Shown in pieces: positions 51,781 to 63,304 of a stretch of DNA of 64,000 nucleotides; position 1 is the stretch's first letter; the number at the start of each line of letters is the position of its first letter. Made by a program: the position numbers and the translations under genes. Under the pieces are notes generated by a model. The model saw only the letters and a list, made by a program, of their open reading frames with translations. It ran no database searches and was not told the origin of the DNA. Source of the stretch: Eledone cirrhosa (Eukaryota); the NCBI GenBank assembly GCA_964016885.1, contig OZ024765.1, forward strand, positions 10,726,001 to 10,790,000, read 5' to 3'.

Positions 51781-52471
51781 CCTCCAAACTGGTGGGCTTT
51801 GAACTTAGATAATAGAAAGTTGAAGCAAATACCACAAATCATTAATTCTAACCAATGTTCTAATAATTCTACTGATTCTCCACCAAAGTTAATCTATTTT
51901 TTTGCTAAAAAACAGGAAATTCATTCAGTCAATTTCCTTTTGAATAATAAAACAAGAAATGCAAAGTGAATAAAAATAAAATAAAACTATAAAAAATAGG
52001 AATATAAAATGAAATAAAACAAAAGAAATATGGAAGAAGAAAGAAAGCAAAATATAATTGGTCTGTTTTGATGCGTGATATCTTAAAAGTTAAGCAAAAA
52101 TATATTCTGGTAAGTTCAAGCATGGCCGTGTGGTTAATGTGGAGGTGTGTGGTTTAGTGGTAAGGGTGTTGGACTTACGATTCTAATGTTGTGGGTTTGA
52201 TTCTTGGGTTGGATTGTGTTGTGTTCTTGAACAAGACTCTTTATTTCACATTGCTCCAGTACACTCAGCCTGTGGGGGGGGGGGGGGGATAACTCTGCGA
52301 TAGACTGATGTCCTGTCCAGGGCAGAGTCTTATACTCTCAGTTGCTCCATGCCATGGAAGCTGGAATAAGCACTGGTTTGATGAACTTCCCGGCTTGAAA
52401 CAGACTTTAACTCTGTGATGGATTCGTGTCCTATCCAGGCAGGGGGTTAGGTCTTGTACTCTGTCACTTAA

Positions 52472-53110
52472 CCCTTTACCATTCACATTACTCTATATAT
52501 ACTATTGTATTTTCACAGTAAAGGCTTTACCTCACATAATATCTCACATAACATTTACATTATCCTATATATACTATTATATTTTCATGGTAAAGGCTTT
52601 ACCTCACATAATATCTCACATAACATTTACATTACTCTATATATACTATTGTATTTTCACAGTAAAGGCTTTACCTCACATAATATCTCGCATAACATTT
52701 ACATTACTCTATATATACTATTGTATTTTCACAGTAAAGGCTTTACCTCACATAATATCTCACATAACATTTACATTACTCTATATATACTATTGTATTT
52801 TCACAGTAAAGGCTTTACCTCACATAATATTTACATTACTCTATATATACTATTGTATTTTCATGGTAAAGGCTTTACCTCACATAATATCTCACATAAC
52901 ATTTACATTACTCTATATATACTATTGTATTTTCACAGTAAAGGCTTTACCTCACATAATATTTACATTACTCTATATATACTATTGTATTTTCATGGTA
53001 AAGGCTATATTTCATGGTTAGAATGTCTTAGGAGAGAATCGCTGGACAGTTGATATTATCTATTTTGAGGACAATACCTTAATGTAGGTATGAGTGGCCA
53101 ATTGCAGCCA
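52472..53110 (+). mobile_element. piggyBac-type MITE with a small internal array (~7 units of 72/60 bp); right end lost
   Basis: TTAA|CCCTTTACCATT start. The units are the reverse complement of the 72-bp satellite unit at 7940-20529. Confidence 0.85.
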
Positions 53111-53232
53111 ATTACGGGGGTTGATAAAATAAAGTACCAGTAATGCACCCTAACCTTAACCCATCCCCCAAATTGCTGGCCTTGTGCCGAAATTAGAACC
53201 CTTATTAATCTCCATTTCTGTTATATTTTCAG

Positions 53233-53335
53233 GCTATGACATGTCAACATTCATAAGAAGATATGCCAAATATTTGAATGAAAAGGCTATTTCTTACAGA
53301 TTAATGGCATTTGACTTCTGTAAAATAAAGAGAGG
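53233..53335 (+). CDS. PICALM: PICALM/AP180 exon ([35 protein letters not shown]), 103 nt, phase 1 to 2
   Basis: ttatattttcag| ... AGAGG|gtatgt. Contains the hallmark ANTH sequence [18 protein letters not shown]. Confidence 0.96.
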
Positions 53336-54150
53336 GTATGTAATATATGTGTATATATATATATGTGTGTGTGTATAAGAGGGAGAGTGTGTTTTTATAT
53401 ATATATTGATGGCATTTGACTTCTGTAAAATAAAGAGAGGGTATGTAATATATGTGTATATATATATATATATATGTGTGTGTGTATAAGAGGGAGAGTG
53501 TGTTTTTATATATATATTGATGGTGTTTGACTTCTGTAAAATAAAGAGAGGGTATGTAATATATGTGTATATATATATATATGTGTGTGTATAAGAGGGA
53601 GAGTGTGTTTTTACATATATATTGATGGTGTTTGACTTCTGTAAAATAAAGAGAGGGTATGTAATATATGTGTATATATATATATATGTGTGTGTGTATA
53701 AGAGGGAGAGTGTGTTTTTATATATATATTGATGGTGTTTGACTTCTGTATAAAGAGAGGGTATGTAATATATGTGTATATATATATATATATGTGTGTG
53801 TGTATAAGAGGGAGAGTGTGTGTTTATATATATTGATGGTGTTTGACTTCTGTAAAATAAAGAGAGGGTATGTAATATATGTGTATATATATATATGTGT
53901 GTGTGTATAAGAGGGAGAGTGTGTTTTTATATATATATTGATGGTGTTTGACTTCTGTAGAATAAAGAGAGGGTATGTAATATATGTGTATATATATATA
54001 TATGTGTGTGTGTATAAGAGGGAGAGTGTGTGTTTATATATATTGATGGCATTTGACTTCTGTAGAATAAAGAGAGGGTATGTAATATATGTGTATATAT
54101 ATATATATGTGTGTATAAGAGGGAGAGTGTGTGTTTATATATATATATAA
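53303..54150 (+). repeat. ~105-110-bp tandem repeat made of the exon 3' end, its splice donor and following intron (original plus 7 copies)
   Basis: atgg(ca/tg)tttgacttctgta.aataaagagagg|gtatgtaatatatgtg recurs at ~53304, 53409, 53520, 53625, 53732, 53836, 53941 and 54046. Confidence 0.93.
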
Positions 54151-54294
54151 AGGGCATCCAGCTGTAGAAATCAAGCCAGATCAGTTCCTGTATGAGCAAG
54201 GCATGGTCAGCCGACCAGACACTGCCCACAACAGGACAACCCGTCTAACCCATGCTAGCGTGGAAGAACGGACGTAAAACGGTGATGATGATGA

Positions 54295-54347
<53 letters not shown>

Positions 54348-54351
<4 letters not shown>

Positions 54352-54632
54352 GGAGCATCCCAAAAGTCAGCTCAAAAGTGACACAGAGAAGACTGAGGTT
54401 GGCTGGACATGCTCACCGACATCCAGAGTTGACATTGCACTCAGTGCTCCTTTGGGAGCCCCTACATGGACACACTAGAAGAGGAAGACCAAGGTTAACA
54501 TATGTTGATGCCCTAAGGACAGACACTGGTCTGTTGGAGATGCAGGATATGGCAGCGATAATGAGGGACAGAGACCGCTGGAGAGAACTCGTCCATGGAT
54601 CTCGGGAATTTTACCTGCCTTAGATAGATAGA
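54348..54632 (+). mobile_element. RTE/RTEX-like LINE 3' fragment
   Basis: KVTQRRLRLAGHAHRHPEL...WEPLHGHTRRGRPRLTYVDAL...RDRWR followed by (TAGA)n. Confidence 0.8.
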
Positions 54633-54749
54633 TATATTGATGGTGTTTGACTTCTGTGAAATAAAGAGTCTGTAATATATGTATGTGTGTGTGAAAGAGA
54701 GATACAGTGTCGAAATGGCTGGAGCTTGGCTGTTGGGGTCCTGACTTTT

Positions 54750-54787
<38 letters not shown>

Positions 54788-54788
<1 letters not shown>

Positions 54789-55113
54789 GGAGGCACATGG
54801 CTTAGTGCTTGCAATCGAAAGGTTGTGAGTTCAATTCTCAGACCGTGCGATGTGTTGTTTTCTTGAGCAAGACACTTTATTTCACATTGCTCCAGTTTAC
54901 TCAGCTGTAGAAATGAGATGATAGGGACTGGGGTCCCTATCATTCCACTGCAGAGTGGTCGTGGAGGTGCCACGGCAAAAAAGCACCCAGCACTCACTGT
55001 AAATGAGGTTGGTGTTAGGAAGGGCATCCAGCTGTAGAAATCAAGCCAGAATCAGTTCCCATCCCACCCTTGCAAGCAGGGAAAAGCGGACGTAAAATGA
55101 ATTGATGATGATG
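54788..55113 (+). mobile_element. SINE family 2 copy
   Basis: Matches 42060-42399 with a small deletion in the head. Confidence 0.85.
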
Positions 55114-55609
55114 ATATATATATCATCATCATCATCATCATCATCAACGTTTAACGTCCGTGTTCCACACTTGCATGGGTTTGGACGGGGGTTTTCCCAC
55201 TTGAGGCAAGAGTGATTGTCTTGCTCGCATAGGACTGTCTGGCAGGTTTTCTACAGTTGGATGCCCTTCCTAACACCAACCACATTTACAGTGTGGGTCT
55301 GGGAGGTTTTTACCGTGTTGCCTACATGGCCACATTATAGCGTGGACTGTGTGTTTTTTTGTCGTGACACCTACACGATCTCATTTGTTTCGGCCTGGAT
55401 GGTGTGGCACCAACATAACTTTACATAGAAGGGGGCGGTGTGGATGGGGTGGGGGTGGTGGGACGGGGGTGTATTTTGTTAGAGATGCCTACTGACTGTA
55501 GTAGGTTTTACTTTGTATTTATATATACACATATATATATATATAGGAAAATGTATGACCCCGACGCCAGAGCTCAAGCCGTTTCGACGGCTATTTCTGG
55601 TCTCCTTCG

Positions 55610-55643
<34 letters not shown>

Positions 55644-55754
55644 GGTTTTTAACTTCTGGAAAATAAAGAGAGGGTATTATTTGAAAATGTCTGACACCTA
55701 GAAAGAACACCTCAATGGCCCACATGAATATTATATTATATCTTATATATAAGC

Positions 55755-58400
55755 AATTGAATTTGATTTCCGTGTGTCTAACACACGTGGACATGCCCAC
55801 AAAGTAAGAAAACAGCACAGTTCCCATGACTTTCGGAAACATTTTTTCACGCTCAGAGTTGCTGAAGCATGGAACAAACTACCTGCATCAGTTGTTAGCT
55901 GTCGAGACACTGCATCCTTCAAAACCTCCATGGAACAAACTACCTGCATCAGTTGTTAGCTGTCGAGACACTGCATCCTTCAAAACCTCCATGGAACAAA
56001 CTACCTGCATCAGTTGTTAGCTGTCGAGACACTGCATCCTTTAAAACCTCCATGGAACAAACTACCTGCATCAGTTGTTAGCTGTCGAGACACTGCATCC
56101 TTTAAAACCTCCATGGAACAAACTACCTGCATCAGTTGTTAGCTGTCGAGACACTGCATCCTTTAAAACCTCCATGGAACAAACTACCTGCATCAGTTGT
56201 TAGCTGTCGAGACACTGCATCCTTTAAAACCTCCATGGAACAAACTACCTGCATCGGTTGTTAGCTGTCGAGACACTGCATCCTTTAAAACCTCCATGGA
56301 ACAAACTACCTGCATCGGTTGTTAGCTGTCGAGACACTGCATCCTTTAAAACCTCCATGGAACAAACTACCTGCATCGGTTGTTAGCTGTCGAGACACTG
56401 CATCCTTTAAAACCTCCATGGAACAAACTCCCTGCATCAGTTGTTAGCTGTTGAGACACTGCATCCTTTAAAACCTCCATGGAACAAACTCCCTGCATCA
56501 GTTGTTAGCTGTTGAGACACTGCATCCTTTAAAACCTCCATGGAACAAACTCCCTGCATCAGTTGTTAGCTGTTGAGACACTGCATCCTTTAAAACCTCC
56601 ATGGAACAAGCTGCCTGCATCGGTTGTTAGCTGTCGAGACACTGCATCCTTTAAAACCTCCATGGAACAAACTACCTGCATCGGTTGTTAGCTGTCGAGA
56701 CACTGCATCCTTTAAAACCTCCATGGAACAAACTACCTGCATCAGTTGTTAGCTGTCGAGACACTGCATCCTTTAAAACCTCCATGGAACAAACTACCTG
56801 CATCGGTTGTTAGCTGTCGAGACACTGCATCCTTTAAAACCTCCATGGAACAAACTACCTGCATCAGTTGTTAGCTGTCGAGACACTGCATCCTTTAAAA
56901 CCTCCATGGAACAAACTACCTGCATCGGTTGTTAGCTGTCGAGACACTGCATCCTTTAAAACCTCCATGGAACAAGCTGCCTGCATCGGTTGTTAGCTGT
57001 CGAGACACTGCATCCTTTAAAACCTCCATGGAACAAACTACCTGCATCAGTTGTTAGCTGTCGAGACACTGCATCCTTTAAAACCTCCATGGAACAAACT
57101 ACCTGCATCGGTTGTTAGCTGTCGAGACACTGCATCCTTTAAAACCTCCATGGAACAAACTACCTGCATCGGTTGTTAGCTGTCGAGACACTGCATCCTT
57201 TAAAACCTCCATGGAACAAACTACCTGCATCGGTTGTTAGCTGTCGAGACACTGCATCCTTTAAAACCTCCATGGAACAAACTACCTGCATCGGTTGTTA
57301 GCTGTCGAGACACTGCATCCTTTAAAACCTCCATGGAACAAACTACCTGCATCGGTTGTTAGCTGTCGAGACACTGCATCCTTTAAAACCTCCATGGAAC
57401 AAACTACCTGCATCGGTTGTTAGCTGTCGAGACACTGCATCCTTTAAAACCTCCATGGAACAAACTACCTGCATCGGTTGTTAGCTGTTGAGACACTGCA
57501 TCCTTTAAAACCTCCATGGAACAAACTCCCTGCATCAGTTGTTAGCTGTTGAGACACTGCATCCTTTAAAACCTCCATGGAACAAACTCCCTGCATCAGT
57601 TGTTAGCTGTTGAGACACTGCATCCTTTAAAACCTCCATGGAACAAACTCCCTGCATCAGTTGTTAGCTGTCGAGACACTGCATCCTTTAAAACCTCCAT
57701 AGGACAAACTCCCTGCATCGGTTGTTAGCTGTCGAGACACTGCATCCTTTAAAACCTCCATGGAACAAACTCCCTGCATCAGTTGTTAGCTGTTGAGACA
57801 CTGCATCCTTTAAAACCTCCATGGAACAAACTCCCTGCATCAGTTGTTAGCTGTTGAGACACTGCATCCTTTAAAACCTCCATGGAACAAACTCCCTGCA
57901 TCAGTTGTTAGCTGTTGAGACACTGCATCCTTTAAAACCTCCATGGAACAAACTCCCTGCATCAGTTGTTAGCTGTTGAGACACTGCATCCTTTAAAACC
58001 TCCATGGAACAAACTCCCTGCATCAGTTGTTAGCTGTTGAGACACTGCATCCTTTAAAACCTCCATGGAACAAACTCCCTGCATTAGTTGTTAGCTGTTG
58101 AGACACTGCATCCTTTAAAACCTCCATGGAACAAACTCCCTGCATCAGTTGTTAGCTGTCGAGATACTGCATCCTTTAAAACCTCCATGGAACAAACTCC
58201 CTGCATCAGTTGTTAGCTGTCGGGACACTGCATCCTTTAAAACCTCCATGCTTCCCGAGATCCGCCAACACTACAGCTAACACATACACACATGTACTTC
58301 CCTGACATTTGTGTATTATTCTATGTACTATACATACACCTTTGACGAGTTGTAGAGCACCTGAGCACTTTACACAATAATTTCATTATTATTATTATTA
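55755..58400 (+). mobile_element. CR1-clade LINE 3' fragment with internal tandem expansion
   Basis: SNTRGHAHKVRKQHSSHDFRKHFFTLRVAEAWNKLPASVVSCRDTASFKTSM before the array; LPEIRQHYS*, 3' UTR and (ATT)n after it. Same family as 4286-5537. Confidence 0.9.
55868..58250 (+). repeat. 61-bp tandem array, 39 units
   Basis: CATG at 55868, 55929, 55990 ... 58247; (58247-55868)/61 = 39. Confidence 0.95.
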
Positions 58401-58554
58401 AAATGTCTAAGGCCCACAGACGACACCTCAATGGTCCCAATATAAACATTTGAAACTGTTTGGGGCCCACAGAGAACATCTCTGTGGCCCACATGTATAT
58501 TGTATCTTGTATATAAACATTTGAAACTAAGGCCCACATGTATATTGTATCATC

Positions 58555-58915
58555 AACATCATCATTTTACAGCCGCTTTCCCCTGCTTACAAGGGTGGTA
58601 TGGGTACTATTCAGCACAGCATCTCTCCACTTGTCACAGTCCTTCGTCATCTCCTTGAGCTTCAGTGATCTGAAGTCAGCTCTCACCACCTCCGCCCATG
58701 TTTTTCATGGTCTTCCTTCCACTGCGATTTCTTGACACTTCTTTACCCAGCGGTCATCCTCCATGCACATCGCATGTCCATACCATCTCAGTCTTCTCTG
58801 CCGCACACAACAACTTATCCCTCTTATACACAGTTTCTCTCCCAACTCATCCATGCTTGGTCATTCACGTACATTGACATTGCACATCCAACGGAGCATG
58901 GTTGCTTCATTTCTC
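58555..58915 (-). mobile_element. RTE-clade LINE 3' fragment
   Basis: Minus strand encodes RRLRWYGHAMCMEDDRWVK-like sequence followed by the family tail. Confidence 0.78.
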
Positions 58916-59056
58916 TTGTATATAAATATTTGAATCTAAGACCCACATGTATATTATATCATAAATATAAACATTTGAGAAGGTCAGTGGCCCACATGTT
59001 GTCAACCCCTCTACTAAAACCTGTTTAATTTTCTTGTCTTGTCTTTGTTTTTACAG

Positions 59057-59096
59057 AAAAGATGATGGTACGTTAAGGACCATGAATGCAGAAAAG
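59057..59096 (+). CDS. PICALM: PICALM/AP180 exon (G-KDDGTLRTMNAEK), 40 nt, phase 2 to 0
   Basis: tttgtttttacag| ... AAG|gtagag. Continues the frame and matches GxxGxxRxMNxEK. Confidence 0.93.
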
Positions 59097-59114
59097 GTAG
59101 AGTTTAGTTTATTA

Positions 59115-59548
59115 CTTCTCTACCTCCTCTATCCTCTCTCTCCCCTCCTCTCTCCCCTCCTCTCTCCCCTCCTCTCTCCTCTCTCTCCCCTCCTCTCTCC
59201 TCTCTCTCCCCTCCTCTCTCCTCTCTCTCCCCTCCTCTCTCCTCTCTCTCCCCTGCTCTCTCTTCTCTCTCCCCTGCTCTCTCTTCTCTCTCCCCTGCTC
59301 TCTCTTCTCTCTCCCCTGCTCTCTCTTCTCTCTCCCCTGCTCTCTCTTCTCTCTCCCCTGCTCTCTCCTCTCTCTCTCTCCCTTGCATTCTCTTCTCTCT
59401 CTCCCTTGCTTTCTCTTCTCTCTCCCTCGTTTTCTCTCCTATCTTTCACTTTCTCTCTCTCACTTTCTGCTCTCTCTGTCTCTCACTTTCTCTTCTCTCT
59501 CTCTGTCTCTCACTTTCTCTCTCTTTCTCTTCTCTCTCTCTCTCTTTC

Positions 59549-59585
<37 letters not shown>

Positions 59586-59616
59586 CTTTCTCCTCTCACT
59601 CTCCCTCATTTTCTCT

Positions 59617-59657
<41 letters not shown>

Positions 59658-59888
59658 TTCTCCTCTCACTCTCCCTCGTTTTCTCCTCTCTCTCTCTCAC
59701 TTTCTCTCCTCTATCTCTCTCTCACTTTCTCTCCTCTATCTCTCTCTCACTTTCTCTCCTCTATCTCTCTCTCACTTTCTGCTCTCTCTCTTACTTTCTC
59801 CTCTCTCTCTCTTTCACTTTCTCCTCTCTCTCTCTTTCACTTTCTCCTCTCTCTCTCTTTCACTTTCTCCTCTCTCTCTCTTTCACTT

Positions 59889-59926
<38 letters not shown>

Positions 59927-59928
59927 CT
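59115..59928. repeat. (CT)-rich microsatellite tract filling most of an intron
   Basis: Simple repeats are directly visible. Confidence 0.95.
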
Positions 59929-59969
59929 AGTTTACCTCTAAACCTTTATTTTATTTTTGTGTTTTCCAG

Positions 59970-60026
59970 CTTTTGAAAACTTTGCCTGTATTACAGAAAC
60001 AGATGGATGCCCTTCTTGATTTTTAT
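59970..60026 (+). CDS. PICALM: PICALM/AP180 exon (LLKTLPVLQKQMDALLDFY), 57 nt, phase 0-0
   Basis: gtgttttccag| ... TAT|gtaagt. Matches LLKTxPxxQxQMDALLDF. Confidence 0.95.
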
Positions 60027-60071
60027 GTAAGTCACAACATATAAAAAGTATTTAATTACCGACCAATGTAT

Positions 60072-60567
60072 CATCATCATCATCATCGGGTTTAGCGTCC
60101 GTGTTCCACGCTTGCATGGGTTTGGACGGGGGTTTTCCCACTTGAGGCAAGAGTGGTTGTCTTGCTCGCATAGGACTGTCTGCCGGGTTTTCTACAGCTG
60201 GATGCCCTTCCTAACACCAACCACATTTACAGTGTGGGGCTGGGAGGTTTTTACCGTGTTGCCTACACGGCCACATTACAGCGTGGACTGTCTGGCAGGT
60301 TTTCTACAGCTGGATGCCCTTCCTAACACCAACCTCATTTACAGTGAGTGCTGGGTGCTTTTTTGCCGTGGCACCTCCACGACCACTTTGCAGTGGAATG
60401 ATAGGGATCCCAGTCCCTATCATCTCATTTCTACAGCTGAGTAAACTGGAGCAATGTGAAATAAAGTGTCTTGCTCAAGGAAACAACACATCACACGGTC
60501 TGAGAATTGAATTCACAACCTTTCGATTGCAAGCCCAATGCTCTAACCACTAAGCCATGTGCCTCCA
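60072..60567 (-). mobile_element. SINE family 2 copy with an extended/chimeric RTE-like tail
   Basis: Head and CORE-like part match 42060 onward. The tail matches the 41148-41430 type, with ggatgcccttcctaacacc present twice. Confidence 0.8.
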
Positions 60568-60611
<44 letters not shown>

Positions 60612-60830
60612 AATATTATATATAAGAATATTTATGTTTAATCAAGAGCTAAGATATTTAGTAGATAAATTACATAAAATTCATTCATGATTTATTTAAA
60701 GTAATCCAACTTATTTTAATAATGTGTTCAGAAAAAATAAAAAGTACACAGTGTCGCAGTTCTCCAATCATTGTATGTTAGATATAGTTTAATATTTATA
60801 AATATTTCTCCTCTTCTCACCTATTTTCAG

Positions 60831-60942
60831 TGCACACCAAATGAATTGACTAATGGAGTTATAAACGCTTGCTTCCTGCTTTTGTTTAAAGATTTGATCC
60901 GGTTATTTGCTTGTTATAATGATGGCATAATCAATTTATTAG
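60831..60942 (+). CDS. PICALM: PICALM/AP180 exon ([38 protein letters not shown]), 112 nt, phase 0 to 1
   Basis: cctattttcag| ... TTAG|gtaagt. Conserved NELTNGVIN...[15 protein letters not shown]. Confidence 0.96.
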
Positions 60943-61118
60943 GTAAGTTAACTAGTTAATTAGCAATCTACTTATATATAATAGCCTTGTGTATTTGTCC
61001 GTCACAAGAGATGACCGAGGAAGGAAGGGGTGATTACGTCTACAGAGGAAGGAGGAGGGGATGAGAAAGTCCAGCATTCTAAGATTTGTCACAGCTGTGT
61101 GTGTGTATGTGTAGAGAT

Positions 61119-61318
61119 TTGGCTGTATCCGGTCAGAATTCTGTCACCTTTTTCTGTTCAAACCAGCTGTAATTAGCCATTCATACTTACGTTAAGGTAT
61201 TGTTCTCAAAATAAATATCAAAATCTTGTAGAATTGATATTATATGAGCTAATTTTGTGAGGTAAAGCCTTTACCTCAAAAATAAAATAGTAAATAGAGT
61301 AATGTAAATGGTAAAGGG
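61119..61318 (-). mobile_element. piggyBac-type MITE, one end degraded
   Basis: Reverse-oriented family body ending AATGGTAAAGGG|TTAA. Confidence 0.78.
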
Positions 61319-61324
61319 TTAAGT

Positions 61325-62200
61325 CAGGGTCTGATTTTCTCACTGGGGTGTGACTGTAAGTCACTAGGGTGTGATTTTATCAGTACAAATAAGACTGTAA
61401 GTCAGGTGGGATTTGAAGTCAACCAGGTGTGACTGTACATCTGTCAAGCATGGTTGTAAATCAGTCAGGCGTGACTGAAAATCAGTCAGGCATGACTGAA
61501 ACTCAATGAAGTGTGACTGTGAGTCAGGTGTGACAAGAAATCAGGTGTGACTGTAAGTCAGGTGTGAGTTTAAGTCAATCAGCTGTGCCTAAAACAGTCA
61601 AGTGTGACAGTAAGTCAGTCAAGTGTGACAGTAAGTCAGTCAAATGTAACTAAGTCAAGTGTTACTGTAAGTCAGTCAAGTGTGACAGTCAGTCAAATGT
61701 AACTAAGTCAAGTGTTACTGTAAGTCAGTCAAGTGTGACAGTAAGTCAGTCAAATGTAACTAAGTCTAGTGTTACTGTAAGTCAGTCAAGTGTGACAGTA
61801 AGTCAGTCAAATGTAACTAAGTCTAGTGTTACTGTAAGTCAGTCAAGTGTGACAGTAAGTCAGTCAAATGTAACTAAGTCTAGTGTTACTGTAAGTCAGT
61901 CAAGTGTGACAGTAAGTCAGTCAAATGTAACTAAGTCTAGTGTTACTGTAAGTCAGTCAAGTGTGACAGTAAGTCAGTCAAATGTAACTAAGTCTAGTGT
62001 TACTGTAAGTCAGTCAAGTGTGACAGTAAGTCAGTCAAATGTAACTAAGTCTAGTGTTACTGTAAGTCAGTCAAGTGTGACAGTAAGTCAGTCAAATGTA
62101 ACTAAGTCTAGTGTTACTGTAAGTCAATCAGGGGTGACTGAAGTCAATCAGGTGTCACTGTAAATCAGTCAATTGTGGCAGTAAATCAGTCAGGTGTGAC
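61325..62200 (+). repeat. Minisatellite of ~21-bp subunits with a homogeneous 57-bp higher-order core (~61620-62125)
   Basis: gtaagtcagtcaaatgtaactaagtctagtgttactgtaagtcagtcaagtgtgaca repeated. Confidence 0.9.
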
Positions 62201-62259
62201 ATGAGAAAAATTCTGATGATTTATGTTCTTATTTTTATTTTATTTTCTTTCCCCCCCAG

Positions 62260-62366
62260 AAAAATATTTTGATATGAATAAGAAGCAATGTAAAGAAGCT
62301 TTGGATATTTACAAGAAATTTCTTGTCAGAATGGATAAAGTATCAGAATTTTTGAAAGTAGCAGAG
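62260..62366 (+). CDS. PICALM: PICALM/AP180 exon ([36 protein letters not shown]), 107 nt, phase 1 to 0
   Basis: ttttctttcccccccag| ... GAG|gtaaat. Conserved EKYFDM...EFLKVAE. Confidence 0.96.
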
Positions 62367-62409
62367 GTAAATATTGCTATAATGTCTTCCCTATCTATAG
62401 TTTTAAAGT

Positions 62410-62713
62410 TGTATATGTATATATATGTATATATATGTAAGTATATGTATATATATGTGTGTATGTATATATATGTAAGTATATGTATATATATGTATTT
62501 ATATATGTATATATATGTGTATATATATATGTATATATATGTGTATATATATGTGTGTGTGTATATATATATATATGTATGTATATTTATGTATATGTAG
62601 ATATATGTATGTACATATTTGTGTATATGTGTGTGTATATGTGTATATATGTATATATATATATATATATGTGTATATGTGTATATATATATATGTGTGT
62701 ATATATGAGTGTG

Positions 62714-62750
<37 letters not shown>

Positions 62751-63190
62751 GTATGTATATATGTGTATATATGTATGTATATATGTGTATATATGTGTGT
62801 ATATGTGTATATATGTGTGTATATATGTGTATATATATGTATGTATATATGTGTGTATATGTGTATATATATGTATGTATATATGTGTATATGCATGTAT
62901 ATATATGTATGTATATACATAAATATGTATGTATATATGTGTATATGTATGTATATATATGTATGTATATACATAAATATATATATATATATGTATGTAT
63001 ATACATATATATATATATATGTATGTATATACATAAATATATATATATATATATGTATGTATATACATAAATATATATATATATATGTATATACATAAAT
63101 ATATATATATATATATGTATATACATAAATATATATATATATGTATGTATATACATAAATATATATATTTATGTATATATATATATATAG
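62410..63190. repeat. (TA/TG)n compound microsatellite
   Basis: Simple repeats are directly visible. Confidence 0.95.
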
Positions 63191-63262
63191 AAAGAGAGAG
63201 AGGGATCTGATCTATAAGTCTCCCTATTTTAAAATCAATTTCTCCATGTTATTTCTCCACAG

Positions 63263-63304
63263 AATGTTGGAATTGACAAAGGTGATATCCCAGATTTAGC
63301 TAAG
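63263..63304 (+). CDS. PICALM: PICALM/AP180 exon (NVGIDKGDIPDLAK), 42 nt, phase 0-0
   Basis: atttctccacag| ... AAG|gtaagt. Conserved VGIDxGDIPDL at the end of the ANTH domain. Confidence 0.95.

Noticed and set aside
52095-52109. Possible 15-nt phase 1-1 microexon (AKIYSG) with a strong gtaagt donor
   Set aside because: The acceptor is purine-rich (aaaagttaag) and there is no similarity to the other cassette exons.
7940-58250. Regular arrays as possible CRISPR loci
   Set aside because: Units are head-to-tail with no unique spacers, no cas genes are present and the context is a spliceosomal intron.
61735-62163. 142-aa Ser/Thr/Val-rich mucin-like ORF
   Set aside because: Translation of the 57-bp minisatellite inside the intron between two supported exons.
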